Source of the DNA: Vermamoeba vermiformis
Lineage: Eukaryota
Length of the DNA stretch: 53,105 bases
Direction: 5' to 3'
Assembly: GCA_045837725.1 (NCBI GenBank)
Contig: JBEWZL010000292.1
Coordinates: 124,001 to 177,105 of the forward strand
The notes below the pieces were generated by a model, which searched no databases, was not told where the DNA came from, and worked only from the letters and a program-made list of their open reading frames with translations. This document shows positions 35,150 to 47,581 of this stretch, piece by piece. Both the position numbers and the translations under genes were made by a program. Within the stretch, counting starts at the first letter, position 1; every line of letters begins with the position of its first letter.

Positions 35150-37146
35150 TCATATTTGTTTGATCTCGTATTCATCGGTATAAGCATCGACTTTGTTTAT
35201 CGGTACGAATGACTGCGGATCTGAAGCACCGTAGCTGATGAACAGTTGTGAAATGCGAGTAGTGCTGTGTTTAGGATGCGAGTGAGTCTTTTCGACGAAT
35301 AGGCGCTCGAGCTGCGGACAATCAATGCGCAGATCTTCATTGCAGTAACGGATGTCGAGCACTTTCAGGTTGACATTGGCAATGACACTACCGCTCGGTT
35401 GAATGCGTCCCGCCATATTTAACTGCTTCAACTCTTTCAATTGGTCGATGCGGCCAATAGGCCCTGCGTCAATTGTAAGTCACCAATACGCCAAATTTAT
35501 TAATAAGTCCAAAAAAAAACCGTGCACGAAAAGGCATGGATCGGGCGAATTTTTTTGACGGCCAAATGGCTCTAGCATACTATTTTAAGCATCTCTATTG
35601 ATCACATGGGAAGATCCGGCCTAGAGTCGTTCATGCAATGTTATGGACATTTTAAGTACTTACTGCTCGTTGGATCTGTCGTACAACTCAAATTAATTAC
35701 TCGTAGCTGGAGTGCCTTTGAAAACACCGCGTTTTGCTCGTCTTCCTCGAACAAATGATTGTCGGCAGCGTTCAGTACGTGCAAGTTGGGGCACTTGGCA
35801 CCAATTAATTTTAAACTAAAAATAAAAGACGTTAATCGATTGATTAATACTTCGTAATATTATTTTACCTTTCGCTCGTCAATTTTACGCATTTTTGAAT
35901 ACTGAGCGCGTGAATGCAATGGCCGTACTGATTTAAAATGTTGATAAAATTTTTGTTGGTGATCCGTCTTCTGTCGTGCAACAAGCACAAATATTTCCAG
36001 ACGACCGGCTGTCGCGCCATCTTATTGAAATGTTTGCACGTCAAACTGAAGTTCATTCTGTCGACCAACGAAAAGTACGGAAAAACACTGCCCAGCACCA
36101 CCTGCGATCTGTCAGCAAGCATTAGATCAAGCATTTTAAACGTACATCGTGATGATGAATAAATAGTGGTGTCAGTTCTGAAGTCGGTTTGATGAGTTCT
36201 ATTCGTTTTTGCTTGATGTGTTGAATCGCATCCACAACATCAAATATTTTCGTGCCCTGAATGAATTGAATCTCTGCCATATTGAAGCCACATTTTTCCA
36301 ACACTGCCGGCAGTACTTTTCTTGCAGTTTTCTTCCACTGAGATAGGCAAAAAATTCTAAGGTCAAAACTTTAAGGTTGATGATCAATTAACTGGCCGTA
36401 CCCCTTTTGGTGGCGGGTCATAAACCTGATAGCGCTTGTTGCGCACTGCGTTCTCTATTAATCTTTGATATTTCAGTTCGCGCGCGGATCTTTTCTTCGC
36501 TGGAGGGTTTGTGTCGCGTTCGCAGGCCTCGCCCCAGACATTTAAATACATTTCTTGGTAATTAGAGCTATTGGATAAATATGTATCGGTTCTAGATTTT
36601 CCGCGAGATCTTTCCGGTGATGGGGCGGCATTATACTGAAGTTCAATCGGATTTGCCCTCTCTAAAAATGGATCAACAACAAAATAACTCATAGACAATA
36701 GTTACCAATAATCTGCGTTGCACTGTATGAATTAAACACTACGTGTGTCAAAGATGCAGCTATTATCAGGTGAAAGGTGCATTCTAGCGCGAGAATTAAG
36801 TTTGATCCGATCGGTAAAAGTCTTCATACCACTCTCCACGTTCTATATCATATTAGTTTGCATATATTTGCTTAAAAAATAGTCTTACATAGTCATACAG
36901 AGTTCGTTGATTTTCTAGGGCCCTCCCTGAAAAGAATAAGTTTTAATAAACAAAATGCCAATAATTTAAAATTAAAAAAATATCGTGGGGATTCTATTGA
37001 ATACCTGCGAATATCAATCTCTGAATTCCTATTGGAATATCAGTTTGTTCATAAACTCTCCGTTTTAGCTCCCAGATCGTTTCAGAGCCTTCAATGTCAC
37101 GAATGATAATTACGGTGCCATTGAGCGTTTTGATGTAAAATCTCAT
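35150..37146 (-). CDS. Ubiquitin-like + UBA-like + F-box + LRR protein, multi-exon
   Basis: Exons 37146-36700 give MRFYIKTLNG...ETIWELKRRV....IP..[32 protein letters not shown] (ubiquitin fold). A 44-nt intron links these in frame to the downstream exons with an F-box (VVLGSVFPYFSLVDRMNFSLTCKHF) and LRRs. Confidence 0.7.
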
Positions 37147-38027
37147 TTATAAACAAGGCCTTGTTGTAACGTCTAACTGTTAATAATAAAAATCTTTTGT
37201 GAGTGTAACAGTGTAATTTTTAAACGGCACGGCAGTATAAATTAAGAAGCTTACTTTAATATACCCTAATACCCTAATACACCCGCAACAAATCTTGCGC
37301 GCTTTCGTTTTAAAGCTTAGCTGGCGACACTATGTCAACTTGTGCCTGTTCTTGCTCTAAAATTAAATACTAACTTTAGAAATACGCAAGGTTTTTTTGT
37401 TGGACGGCGGAGGTGGCGAGTTAAGTCAGGACACCCTGGTGTGTTGACTTAACTGCTAGTTTGGGATCGGTGGATAAGTGGTTGTGAATCACCGTCATTG
37501 GCCGGACACAAGTAACCCATTGCAGTTGATTCGGGAACATGCGCACCTTCCTCGACTGTCATTAAGAAACTAGATATTGTACGATAATTAATGATCACGA
37601 TATATGTGCATTACTTGCAACTAGGCCTGTACCGTCCTATTTCGTTGCCTCTGTTGTTCATCTTAGCACCCGTCATTTGTGGACTAAGGATCCGGAACTG
37701 AAAATTCCATTATACCTGTAAGTAAACAAATAGATTATTAATCGAAATTGGTCAATATACCACCCAATTAATGACGTTTAGGTAAGGATGGAGCTTAGCA
37801 ATACACACTTTGGACTTAAAGTCCAACAAGCATCCGCAAGTAATTAACGAGAGAGCAGTAGACCAAAGCGGTACAATTGGATTATTTATACTTGGTGTAT
37901 ATTAACTACCGAAACACAAAGGGTGAGTCCATTTTTAGTGCAAGACACAAAATCTAATTACCCGATAAACAATCAAAGGCCTGTCAATTTTTCATTCTAG
38001 AATCGAATTACCAGGATAGCACCACAA

Positions 38028-39926
38028 ATGAACACTCTTTCGGTTGTAATCTGTCTTTTGCTCGTCTCAGCATGTGCTGCCGTACCCAGCGATTCCACGG
38101 GCGTCCAGGCTTGGCGAGCTCAGGATTTCATCAATGCCTACGGAATGAACACGCATCTTGGAGGCTGTTGCACGGCACAGTACAACAACCTCACCGCTGT
38201 CGCCCAAAATCTACGCTTTATCGGGATTCAATGGCTACGAGATTCTCCGGGCAACGCTGGCGAGATTTCGATCTGGCAACGATTAGCAAACGCGACAGGC
38301 GTGACTTACCAGGCGTACATTGGTGAGGTGGGTCAAAGCTACTATGCTACTCAGCTTGGCTTCATGGGGCAGATGGTGCAGCTCGGTATTATCAACGCCA
38401 TTGAAGGTCCCAACGAAGCTGATGATAGCTACGCTGTAAGCCAGACGCAAGGTGCGACAGTGCAGAGCAATTTGGCAGCTGCTTCAGCTTTTCAAGCGAA
38501 TTCGATTTTTCCTTCGAGCCGTCAATGGGGAGTTCCGGCCATTCAAATCAGCTTCGGAAATGTGTATCCATACCCTGGTGACTTCAATGCTACAGGTGAT
38601 CAAAGTGCTTATGCCGATTATGGCAACGCTCATTCTTACCCTGAACCCAATGGTCCCAACTACGGTGGCGTTTTTGGCACTGGTCTTATCGACTGGCTCA
38701 ACCGCGTGTCACAATTGACAACGACGCCTGGCAGACCAATGACACACAGTGAGTTTGGCTACACTACTGGCTCTGGATCTCTTACTCAAACTACACACGC
38801 CAAGTACATTCTCAACTTCGGCTTCGCTGCTTGGAACTGGGGAGTGCGACGAATGGCGTACTATGCATTGTACGATGATGGATCTGGCAAATGGGGATGG
38901 TTCAATAGCGATTACACTCCTCGTCCGATTGCCACCGCTGTTAGTACCTTGTTCAGCACACTGACCGACACTGCTACTGACGCAACTTGCTTCACTCCTG
39001 GACAACTAAATGTCACATTTACTGGCTTGCCCGCAGGTCCAAAAGGTGGCGTTAACATGGGTGGACAATACGTGTTGTTCCAGCGGTCGAGCGATGGTCA
39101 TTTTATCCTTGCCATATGGAACGATCAGCAACTGGTAGATAGCTCTCACAACGACTTAAATATTCCCACCGTCCCCGTCACCGTCAGCTTCGGCTCATCG
39201 GTCTCTGTCAAGGTCACTGATCCACTCACTAATACAATCACCTCCTCAACTGGTTCTTCGATTCAAATTAACTTGCCGACCTATCCTTTGCTGTTGGAGA
39301 TCACACTAAGCAACACGGCCACTCCGCGATCAACTCCATTTATCTTTGGAAGTCAAACAATGGGCACTGCTGATCCAATATTTAAGGGCCCTTATCAAGC
39401 TTTCGTCTCTGTTGGTCAAACCCTTGCTATACAAGGAATTACGATTTCCGACAGCAGTGCTGCAACAAATCAAGGCAAAGGTTTGGTGACTATAAAATGC
39501 AATCACGGAACATTGTCAACTACCGTTGGCGGTCAAACAGTCACCGGCTCTGGTACTCAATCGATCAATTATGCTTCAACGTTATCGGGAATGCAAGAAG
39601 CTCTCGCAAATGTAGTCTACACGGCTGCGAACAACAATCTGGCAGATGCCATCTACATATCATTAACTGATCCTCTCGGCCAATCGATCTCAGCAGCGAT
39701 CTCGGTGTTTATCGTCAATTCGACAAGCTCTTGCCCACCGTCTTCGACACCCGATGCTGGTACCTCTCCAACTGGTTCATCCCCTTCTGCTGCACCTCTT
39801 GAATCTCCCTCAACTGTACCGCACGTCAACAGCCCTGGGGGTGTTTCATTCGCTGAAACTTCAGTGATTGCCGTTGGACATTTAGTTTTACTATCTTTCT
39901 TCAACATTGTTGTTTCTTTATTTTGA
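38028..39926 (+). CDS. Intronless secreted or GPI-anchored glycoside hydrolase-like protein (clan GH-A-like TIM barrel + beta-sandwich + cadherin/Ig-like domain)
   Basis: Signal peptide; GMNTH, IEGPNE (candidate acid/base), GNAHSY, HSEFGY (candidate nucleophile), YALYDD..WGWF..D.TPRP; S/P-rich stalk and hydrophobic C-terminus; 632 aa with no introns. Confidence 0.8.
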   Translation: MNTLSVVICLLLVSACAAVPSDSTGVQAWRAQDFINAYGMNTHLGGCCTAQYNNLTAVAQNLRFIGIQWLRDSPGNAGEISIWQRLANATGVTYQAYIGEVGQSYYATQLGFMGQMVQLGIINAIEGPNEADDSYAVSQTQGATVQSNLAAASAFQANSIFPSSRQWGVPAIQISFGNVYPYPGDFNATGDQSAYADYGNAHSYPEPNGPNYGGVFGTGLIDWLNRVSQLTTTPGRPMTHSEFGYTTGSGSLTQTTHAKYILNFGFAAWNWGVRRMAYYALYDDGSGKWGWFNSDYTPRPIATAVSTLFSTLTDTATDATCFTPGQLNVTFTGLPAGPKGGVNMGGQYVLFQRSSDGHFILAIWNDQQLVDSSHNDLNIPTVPVTVSFGSSVSVKVTDPLTNTITSSTGSSIQINLPTYPLLLEITLSNTATPRSTPFIFGSQTMGTADPIFKGPYQAFVSVGQTLAIQGITISDSSAATNQGKGLVTIKCNHGTLSTTVGGQTVTGSGTQSINYASTLSGMQEALANVVYTAANNNLADAIYISLTDPLGQSISAAISVFIVNSTSSCPPSSTPDAGTSPTGSSPSAAPLESPSTVPHVNSPGGVSFAETSVIAVGHLVLLSFFNIVVSLF

Positions 39927-40239
39927 GGTGTAATACTATAATAAACCCGATAGATTAGATTGGACTATATTTTTGTTGTGTGTTTAAATGTCGATCACGT
40001 GTATTTGTTCAAAAGGGCCTATCGTGAAATTTTTGGTTGATGAAATTTGGCAGGGCTACGTCCGTTTGACGTCTTTGAGAATTTTCAACAAATCTTCGCG
40101 GAGAGGCCACGCAGCACATTTGAGTTCGATGCGAAATAGACTTGCGTTGACTTATTTGATCACTCAGAGAAGGATTCGTGGTATTAAGTTAATGCAAAAA
40201 TCGGATCGGATCCACGTGCAATCAATTTAATTTTTTTAC

Positions 40240-42227
40240 TTAGTGATGCCTGTGCATGCACGCCAATGCCATGCGCAAATCATACAACGCTACGTGATTG
40301 TCTCGCACAATCGCCAATGTCTGCTCGTCTTCAGTCAACAACATGTCACATCTCTTGCCGGAAGATCTGATGTCACAGACACGCGTGATCAGGGCACCAG
40401 TCATCGCTGAGAATAGCAGTACTGTTGCTTGTCCATAATAAGAGCGTGGATCGCTTAAACCAACGAACAAAACGGGACTGGATCTGCTCGCTAAAAGTGT
40501 TTTGACAGTTTTCTTCTCTCCCCTAGTATCGCGTTCGTCCTTGGGATAAAACGACGATATAATTTTTCCAGCCTTAATATCGATTACTGTCACTTGATTG
40601 CCCTTTGCTAAGGCCAAATAACCTAATTAGGAAAAATAAATTAAGTAAATTATTTTTTTTCAGATCCAACAACGGTAATATGATACTATAATATACGTAC
40701 TAGTATTAGGTATCCAAGCATGAGTGGCCCAGCAGTTGACAGATGCCAGTACCGTCTTTGCTGTCACATTGTAAAAGCGATGTTGAGTCACGGATACCTC
40801 CGGCTTGACAATACAATGCACGATATGATGCTGTTCGCCGTCAATATCAACCATATGCTCGTCATAGATACGAGGGACGTCATCGCATTGCTCGGGCTCG
40901 AGACACTCTTCGAGATCCATTTGACACGTGTCATCGTACTGGATGTCAAAATTTGTTTTTTCAATTGGGGATATTACTCGCTGAGTTTAATGTTAGTATT
41001 TAGAGTATATATGCATAGTATTGACGAATTAATAACTTACGAGGCCATTATCGGACGGAATCAAGACCAATTTTTCGTCGATCTGAGAGCACCACGAACT
41101 ATTGGGATAATGCGGCTCTTTTTCTGGATCATATTCAATGGTGGTTATATGAGCACACCTATACATGTCGTAGTTATTACATAAATCCTACAGTGAATAG
41201 TGTTTAGATCCGCAAAGTACGTACTCGTTACAAAATTCTTCTTTTTTCGTTGATTTTTTTCGTAAAACCTCTTTAGTGTCCTTGCAAGCAGCAGATATTT
41301 TCCATATCGATAGACTATTCTGTTGGGTATGGACCTACCACAAAAATTAAACAACGATTTATTAAATATTATGATCCGGCAATGTACCAACAGGACCAAT
41401 GACTTATTAAATGATAGCAACGTCGATTTCATCGTAGGATATATTTTTAAGACTAATCTTAGCTCATTAGAAGTATAATCGTAGATCTGATGGCATTCCT
41501 TATTGGCCGCTTCAATCTGACCAACAAACGGGCCTAAAAAAGTTATTATTACTTAACATAATCACATATAAATTATTGTACCTATAAATCGATATCCTGG
41601 ATACTTGGATACGCATTGGAAGTTTTTCTTTTTCCATGACAAAGTTTTAGCTCTGGATCCCGATTAGCATCATCGTTAAGAGTCTGATGAACGTACGATA
41701 AGTCAAAGGGCTTGTATTCATTGATTATAAGGAAGTTCTGATACATTTTCACGCTTTGTATTTTGTCTGGTGGAGTTATTGCTCTGTTTGCCGCGCTGAT
41801 GATCCGGCTGCGTCACAAATAATTTATTAAATAAAATCAGTGTTTAATGTAGTAAATTAATATATTAACTTACGAATTTCTTTTAATCTTTTTCAGCCTA
41901 TTCATCTACAACGAAAGTGTCAAGATTTTTTTGGATTTGACGGAACTTACCTCGGCGGTCCAATTGATATCGCCAGAAATAAAATCTACGCAAATAATTA
42001 AGGATTTAAATCGATAATTGAACATTATCCGCCACGCAGTTGGATTATCCAGTGAACGATTCATCGCTTTTGAGCTCCGTTTCAAATTGCTCAATGCTAG
42101 GCCGTTGAGGTACCGCAAAATATGTTCTAATATTTCGGGTGGACATTGGTGCAGATAATCTGTTGGCCAATTAAATAATAAATAAAAATATTCAGATCGC
42201 TATTTTTTTTTTATTAGTACCTTCCAT
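40240..42227 (-). CDS. F-box protein with a beta-propeller-like C-terminus, multi-exon
   Basis: ME|DYLHQCPPEILEHILRYL....LSNL..SSK.......W (F-box); the C-terminal beta-rich segments (VTVIDIKAG, VALYDLR) are WD40-like. Internal exons were not fully resolved. Confidence 0.65.
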
Positions 42228-42509
42228 TCGTGATGGGCGATTGCCGCGATAGGCACTCTAACTTGTCGTAATTAAAAAATAACAATCTCCTGAGCAACAA
42301 AGCCTGTTTGTACATAAAGAAATTAGTCAGAAAAATAACTTCCAAAAGTACTTTGGGACCAATAGACTACAACAAGTCCCATTACTAATCATTGTCCTTA
42401 ATTGCACTTTTATGTTCCACGCGGCACAAGAAAGCTCACAAAGATCTTAGCGACTTCATAGAAATAATTCATGCCGTACTGTGTCACGCGAATTCAATTC
42501 ATCATTGGC

Positions 42510-45296
42510 CTATTCGATCTTCTTCTCTTGCTCATTGGCCCCGACAGAATCTTCAGTCTTTTGTTTCTTTTGGACAGGCTCAGCGCCACTTTCTTCGTTG
42601 TCTTCGCGCTGACGAACGTTGCGTTTTTGTTGGTTTGCCTGAGCGCTGGTCACGGCTAGTGGCTCGGTAATTTCATTTGCACGCGATGGGGTTGGAGAAT
42701 AAGGTGCCTCAACTACCATGCTAGCATGTTCGGGGCTTGCGCTCTTCTTTGGTGTCACTGTCAAATTCAACTTGATATCGATCTTGGTAAGACGTGCCTT
42801 TCTTTCCAAGATACTTACTAGCGTCTTCTGTACGTCTACCGCCAAACGCTCAAGTGCTATAATAAGGGGTGGAAGTATTAGTGCTACTAAGGTTTGATAG
42901 GTTGAATGATCACTAACCTCGAATTTGGCGCACTTTGTTTGCATGGTACTCCTTGATGAAATCGTAATTGTCAACGCCGAGCAAATTGACAAGTCCTGCT
43001 TCGAGCAGAATGATCACTTCAACATTTTCGGGAACTTTCTTGTACGACTCGTGCGTAATCCGCAACGCACCAAAACGACTGTTGCTGTCTTTGGCTAGGT
43101 AGGCTTTGTTCAATTGAAGCGGATGAGAAATGGCGCCAAAGACAAAAGTCAGCTTGAAGCCATGTTCTGCTGACTCTCGGTAAAGAATGTCGCGGTATGC
43201 TAAGGCCTAAAACCGTTACAAAGTTAATGCCATTTTTTGAAAGAACGAGAATGAACGTACTTTGTCTTCCACTCCCGGACTCTTCGCCATTTCATCAAGC
43301 AAGTGATCGATGGAGAGCTTTTCCTCCCCAATCTTAAGCTGAATAAAGAGCAAGTGCTCCTTGTCACCGTCAACCAGCTTGACCAAATAATCTGACGTCG
43401 AGCCTTTGTATCGACACACCATTGGTCGGTTAGGCAGCATCACGTGCTTGATGAACTCCCAAAAATCTTCGCGATTAACAGTGTCCTTTGCAAGGAACCG
43501 TTCCATTGACATTAGATATCTGCTTTGTGGCAGTCGCTGGGCTTGTGCACTGACTTGCGGTATGACTTCATACATGTATGTCACTTCGTGCTTAATGTGT
43601 GCGATGAAAGAAGTAGTGAGGAAGGTGAATCGTTGGCCGAGTGTCTGCGATACTGTGTACTGCTTCGTCATTTTGTCTACGGTGATTTGTTCGAGCAAAA
43701 ACCACCCTACGTCTGTGTCCTTCGGCTGCAGGTCTGTAACATCGTTCGCGCGTTCTAGCGTAAATCTTTTGAGCAAATGGTCTGGCCAGACAACAATTTT
43801 CGACGAGTATTGAAGCTGTAAAGTTGAGTCCGCTGACGCAAATGACGAGTTCGGTGTCTGAATGGACGCTATGTGAGGTTCAGTCACAAAGCACCCACAG
43901 GACCGAGCAAGGTCTAACACGTCGATACATCCGTACGTCCAATTAGTATTAATAGTTGCCAATGTGTGTTGGAAGACGAACAGCTGCATTGCGAGCACAC
44001 GAACGCGAAGATCTGGTGTGAGTTTCCAGAAGTAGATGGGATCGTCGCGTTCAGGGACTTTTTTATCGTGCAAGAGCTGTAAGACGAATGACGGAATTCC
44101 CGCTGATTGCACAAGATGACGCGTGGTGAGCTCTTCGAACAACTTGGATCTACTAAATTGGAGTTGAGTTAGTGAGGAGAAAAGTATAGAGGTATTGTAG
44201 TCTTACCTTTTGTCGTGCATTGTAACCAGACAGTACACTAGTGAGATTTTAGACCACACGGGCTGTGAACCGAGGTCGAGCATCAGCGACAGGTCACCCA
44301 CGATCATTAGCCGATGGGGCGAGTCATTGTGCTCAAATTCATCGAGAAGGGTCGTCAAGTACGGGTGGTCTAGTGGAGGGTTGCACAAGATGACCATTGT
44401 TGGTTCGCTCGGATCTAAAGTTGGCGCATCTGCTCCTTCCAAGAATTTGACTTTAAATTTAGTAAATTCCTCCAAGTAACTGCTCTCGTCTTCGGTAAGA
44501 TCTTCTGTAGGCCATTTCAACGACCAGAAGTATTCTAAGAACTCTTTTGTCACTCCAACCGAAAGTTGGCCAAGATCGGCGTCGGTTGCCAAAACATCGC
44601 TTGAAGGGCTTCAAGGTAAGCTATCTTGTTGACGTCGCCGAGACTGTCGATTATTCTTATAATTCGGTTCTCCTGATCAGTGCGTGGTTGCATGGTTGAT
44701 CGAATTGGAACTGAAACAAAAGTTAGCTCGGCGATCGAATTTAAGGTAACTTAAAATATAGTCAATGTGGGCAAGAAATTAGGAAAATATAGCTAGTTCA
44801 AATAATATTATGCTTATAGACTTACTTCTTCTCAGACGATTCTTCGTTAAAGTTGAAGGTCGATCAGGTTTCTCGACGATGAAATTGACTTTTTTGGTCT
44901 TCTTAGGTCCTTCCAATCCTTCTTGTAGATCGCTGTTGTCTAATAATTGGCGCTTCAGGCAGGATCTGTTGTGGTCTTCAGCGTCAGAGTTAAGCTACTG
45001 CTAGTACGTGTTTTGTACCAAAAATAGAACCGAGCTGTGATTGCACGTTTTTATCAATTTTATCTTCGAGATTATTGCGGAGATTGAATCGAGTTAACTG
45101 TCAGAACTTACTTTGGCAGCGATGAATTTTGGCGCGAACTTGCATATTCGGGATCCAACGTCTAAATTCGCCATATAATTAATAAATTGCATTTTCGCTC
45201 ATTGATGCAGGAAGATAACTTAAATTTAAGTACTTAAATCAATTTTCTAATTGAAAAAATAACCGAAATTACCTGTTGCGGGAAAGGAGTCGTCAT
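42510..45296 (-). CDS. Large hypothetical protein with a possible PD-(D/E)xK-type nuclease fold near the C-terminus; start uncertain
   Basis: Several long same-strand ORFs joined by GT-AG introns; motif STSDYLVKL...LLFIQLK. Confidence 0.55.
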
Positions 45297-45500
45297 TGCT
45301 CAAATTCTTCTATTGTATTTTGTGTTGCGTAAGCAATAAACCTCGCTCCATTATGAGATATCTGTTGGTTTGTACTAGGTACAAATATAATTGAAAATAA
45401 AGTTCGGAACAACAGAAACTGTTGCTAGAAATATCCTGAGAAAGTGATTGTAGCCAAAGGAAGGCAGTATCATTTATGCTCTACTTTTATTTGGCCTCAA

Positions 45501-47215
45501 CTAGTTTGACGCAAATTGTTGGATCAAAGGCCACCAAAAGTCAGGGACAGGAGACTACAAGAAGCTCGATTAATAATCATGGTCTTTACTATTATTAATA
45601 GCACTCTTACCTTCCAAATATCAATTTCTTGGACGTTAGCTTGATTAATCAAATCGAATCTCTTGGCCATTTCATCGGAGCTGATTCCGACATCGCATTC
45701 GAGACCAACACCCAGCACGTCAAGAGGAATCAACGACACGGCCTTGTTGAGCTTGGCGGTGAATGTCTCCAACTTCTTGGTGTACGTTGACATGACCCTG
45801 TGCGAGACACCATGTTAGCGAATATATGCAACTATTGTGTGCATATATATAGGTCCCAATATAATCTCAAAAGCATTAGATCGCCGAGTGGTATTTGAAA
45901 ATAGCTTTGTATGGCTATAAATGGATAACGGTAGAGCGCAACATATTGAGCAAGTAGCGTGTCCGATTGAATGACACGTGTCATTTTTTGCGTTCAAACA
46001 TCGTGTCTCATCGTATTATTAATATTCTAATATGAGTACTTACATGACTCTATCGACGGACGAATTACCGAACAAGGCCCAATCACACCACAGACCATTC
46101 CAGTCCGCAATATCAACCGTCACTTTGATGTTGTATTCGTGCATTGCATTTGAGAACTGGCATGGATATTAATACCACTTCACTTAATGTGATCATTGAG
46201 CTTACAGTATTCAAGAATTTGACGTAGCTGTGGCAGTCGGCGGGTGTCGAAGTGGATGTGGGCTCAAAATCAATATTGTAGCCAGTAAATCCGTACTTCT
46301 TGGCTCTAATTATCGTACATGTTAGTTTTAATAATAATTACATCGTAGTATATTCTCGTACTGTCTAATAGCTTCCTTAATAAAAGGATCTGGATTCGCC
46401 CACAATTGTCTTAACCAATCAATGAATTCTGGGGGATAGGGATATGACGAGACCTTTAAAAAAATTAGTGTAAATAAACAATAGAGATTGAATATTTAAC
46501 TGTTTTAAATCGAAATAACGCGACTCAAAGAATCATGATTCTTCAGGGTGTCGTTGGAACGCATATTTTTAAGCGATTAAAAATATTAAATATAATCTAT
46601 ATTACCATGGCATATGTATCAAGACCCCATTGCGAGATAATATTGTCAACACGAGTAAAATCGTTGACGATCAGTTGTGAGTGTGGGCCCAAGTTGAAAA
46701 GCTCGAAAGCTACAGCTGATAATACATTGGCATTATTTTTTATTTGCTATTTAATAATATATTAGCGATATTAGAAGGCTAAATATCACATTTGATTTCA
46801 TTTTTAGCGCAAGTTTATTTTTGGATGCACTTTCGTTTCAATAAAAAGCAAAATAATTACCTGCAAGTTTTTCTGAATATCAGCTGATGTTTCATTGCAA
46901 CGTTCTAAGCACATCCTAATGAATTTACGATTAATTGACCAGATCCGCAACGTGAAATGTCAAATAAAATATCTTTTCCTAACGGCGAGCAGATAACGCA
47001 GTCAAATTACTTGCATAATATTAATTAATATCGATCATATTTTTAGATAATATTTGTATCAGATTTTTGATTGCAGAAGCAGATCTGTCGTGAAGCAGAA
47101 AAAGTGATCGAAATGTGTGTACGCACCAAGGCATTACGCCCTTCTTGGCATATGACGAATATGCTTGAAGTACTAATAAGATACCAAATATAATATATAA
47201 AGAGTGTTTGTTCAT
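45501..47215 (-). CDS. Secreted GH18 (chitinase-like) family protein, multi-exon
   Basis: Signal peptide MNKHSLYIIFGILLVLQAYS; AKKYGFTGYNIDFEP (variant of DxxDxDxE), VDRVMVMSTY, LGVGL, IDIW. Confidence 0.75.
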
Positions 47216-47581
47216 CTTGTACAGATAATAATTGAAAAAGAAATTGCTGGAGAAAATATCCCTTGCTCGAGCACCGCCAATATTAAAATACTATGGAAGT
47301 CTCATTATTAATGAAGATCCTTCGGGATATTATTGTGCTGAGAAAAGTACTTTGAAATTAACCGAGCCCAAATTTTTCCCGTCAGATCCACGCAAAACTG
47401 CAATTCTGCACAAAGGTCTTTTTAAGGCAACACAACACTTGTTGTATTATCTGTTAACAAGTCAGTCAATTGACCACATAGAACGCACTAATATTGCTTT
47501 GAAAGTAAGTTTATTGAACCGGATCGAAAAAAGCTGGCAGAATAAATTTTAATTGTGAAAATTGTAGAAAAATCAAATAAT

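Noticed and set aside
47232-47552. 106-aa ORF upstream of the F-box gene
   Set aside because: Non-ATG start, lies in the divergent promoter gap, no recognisable motifs.
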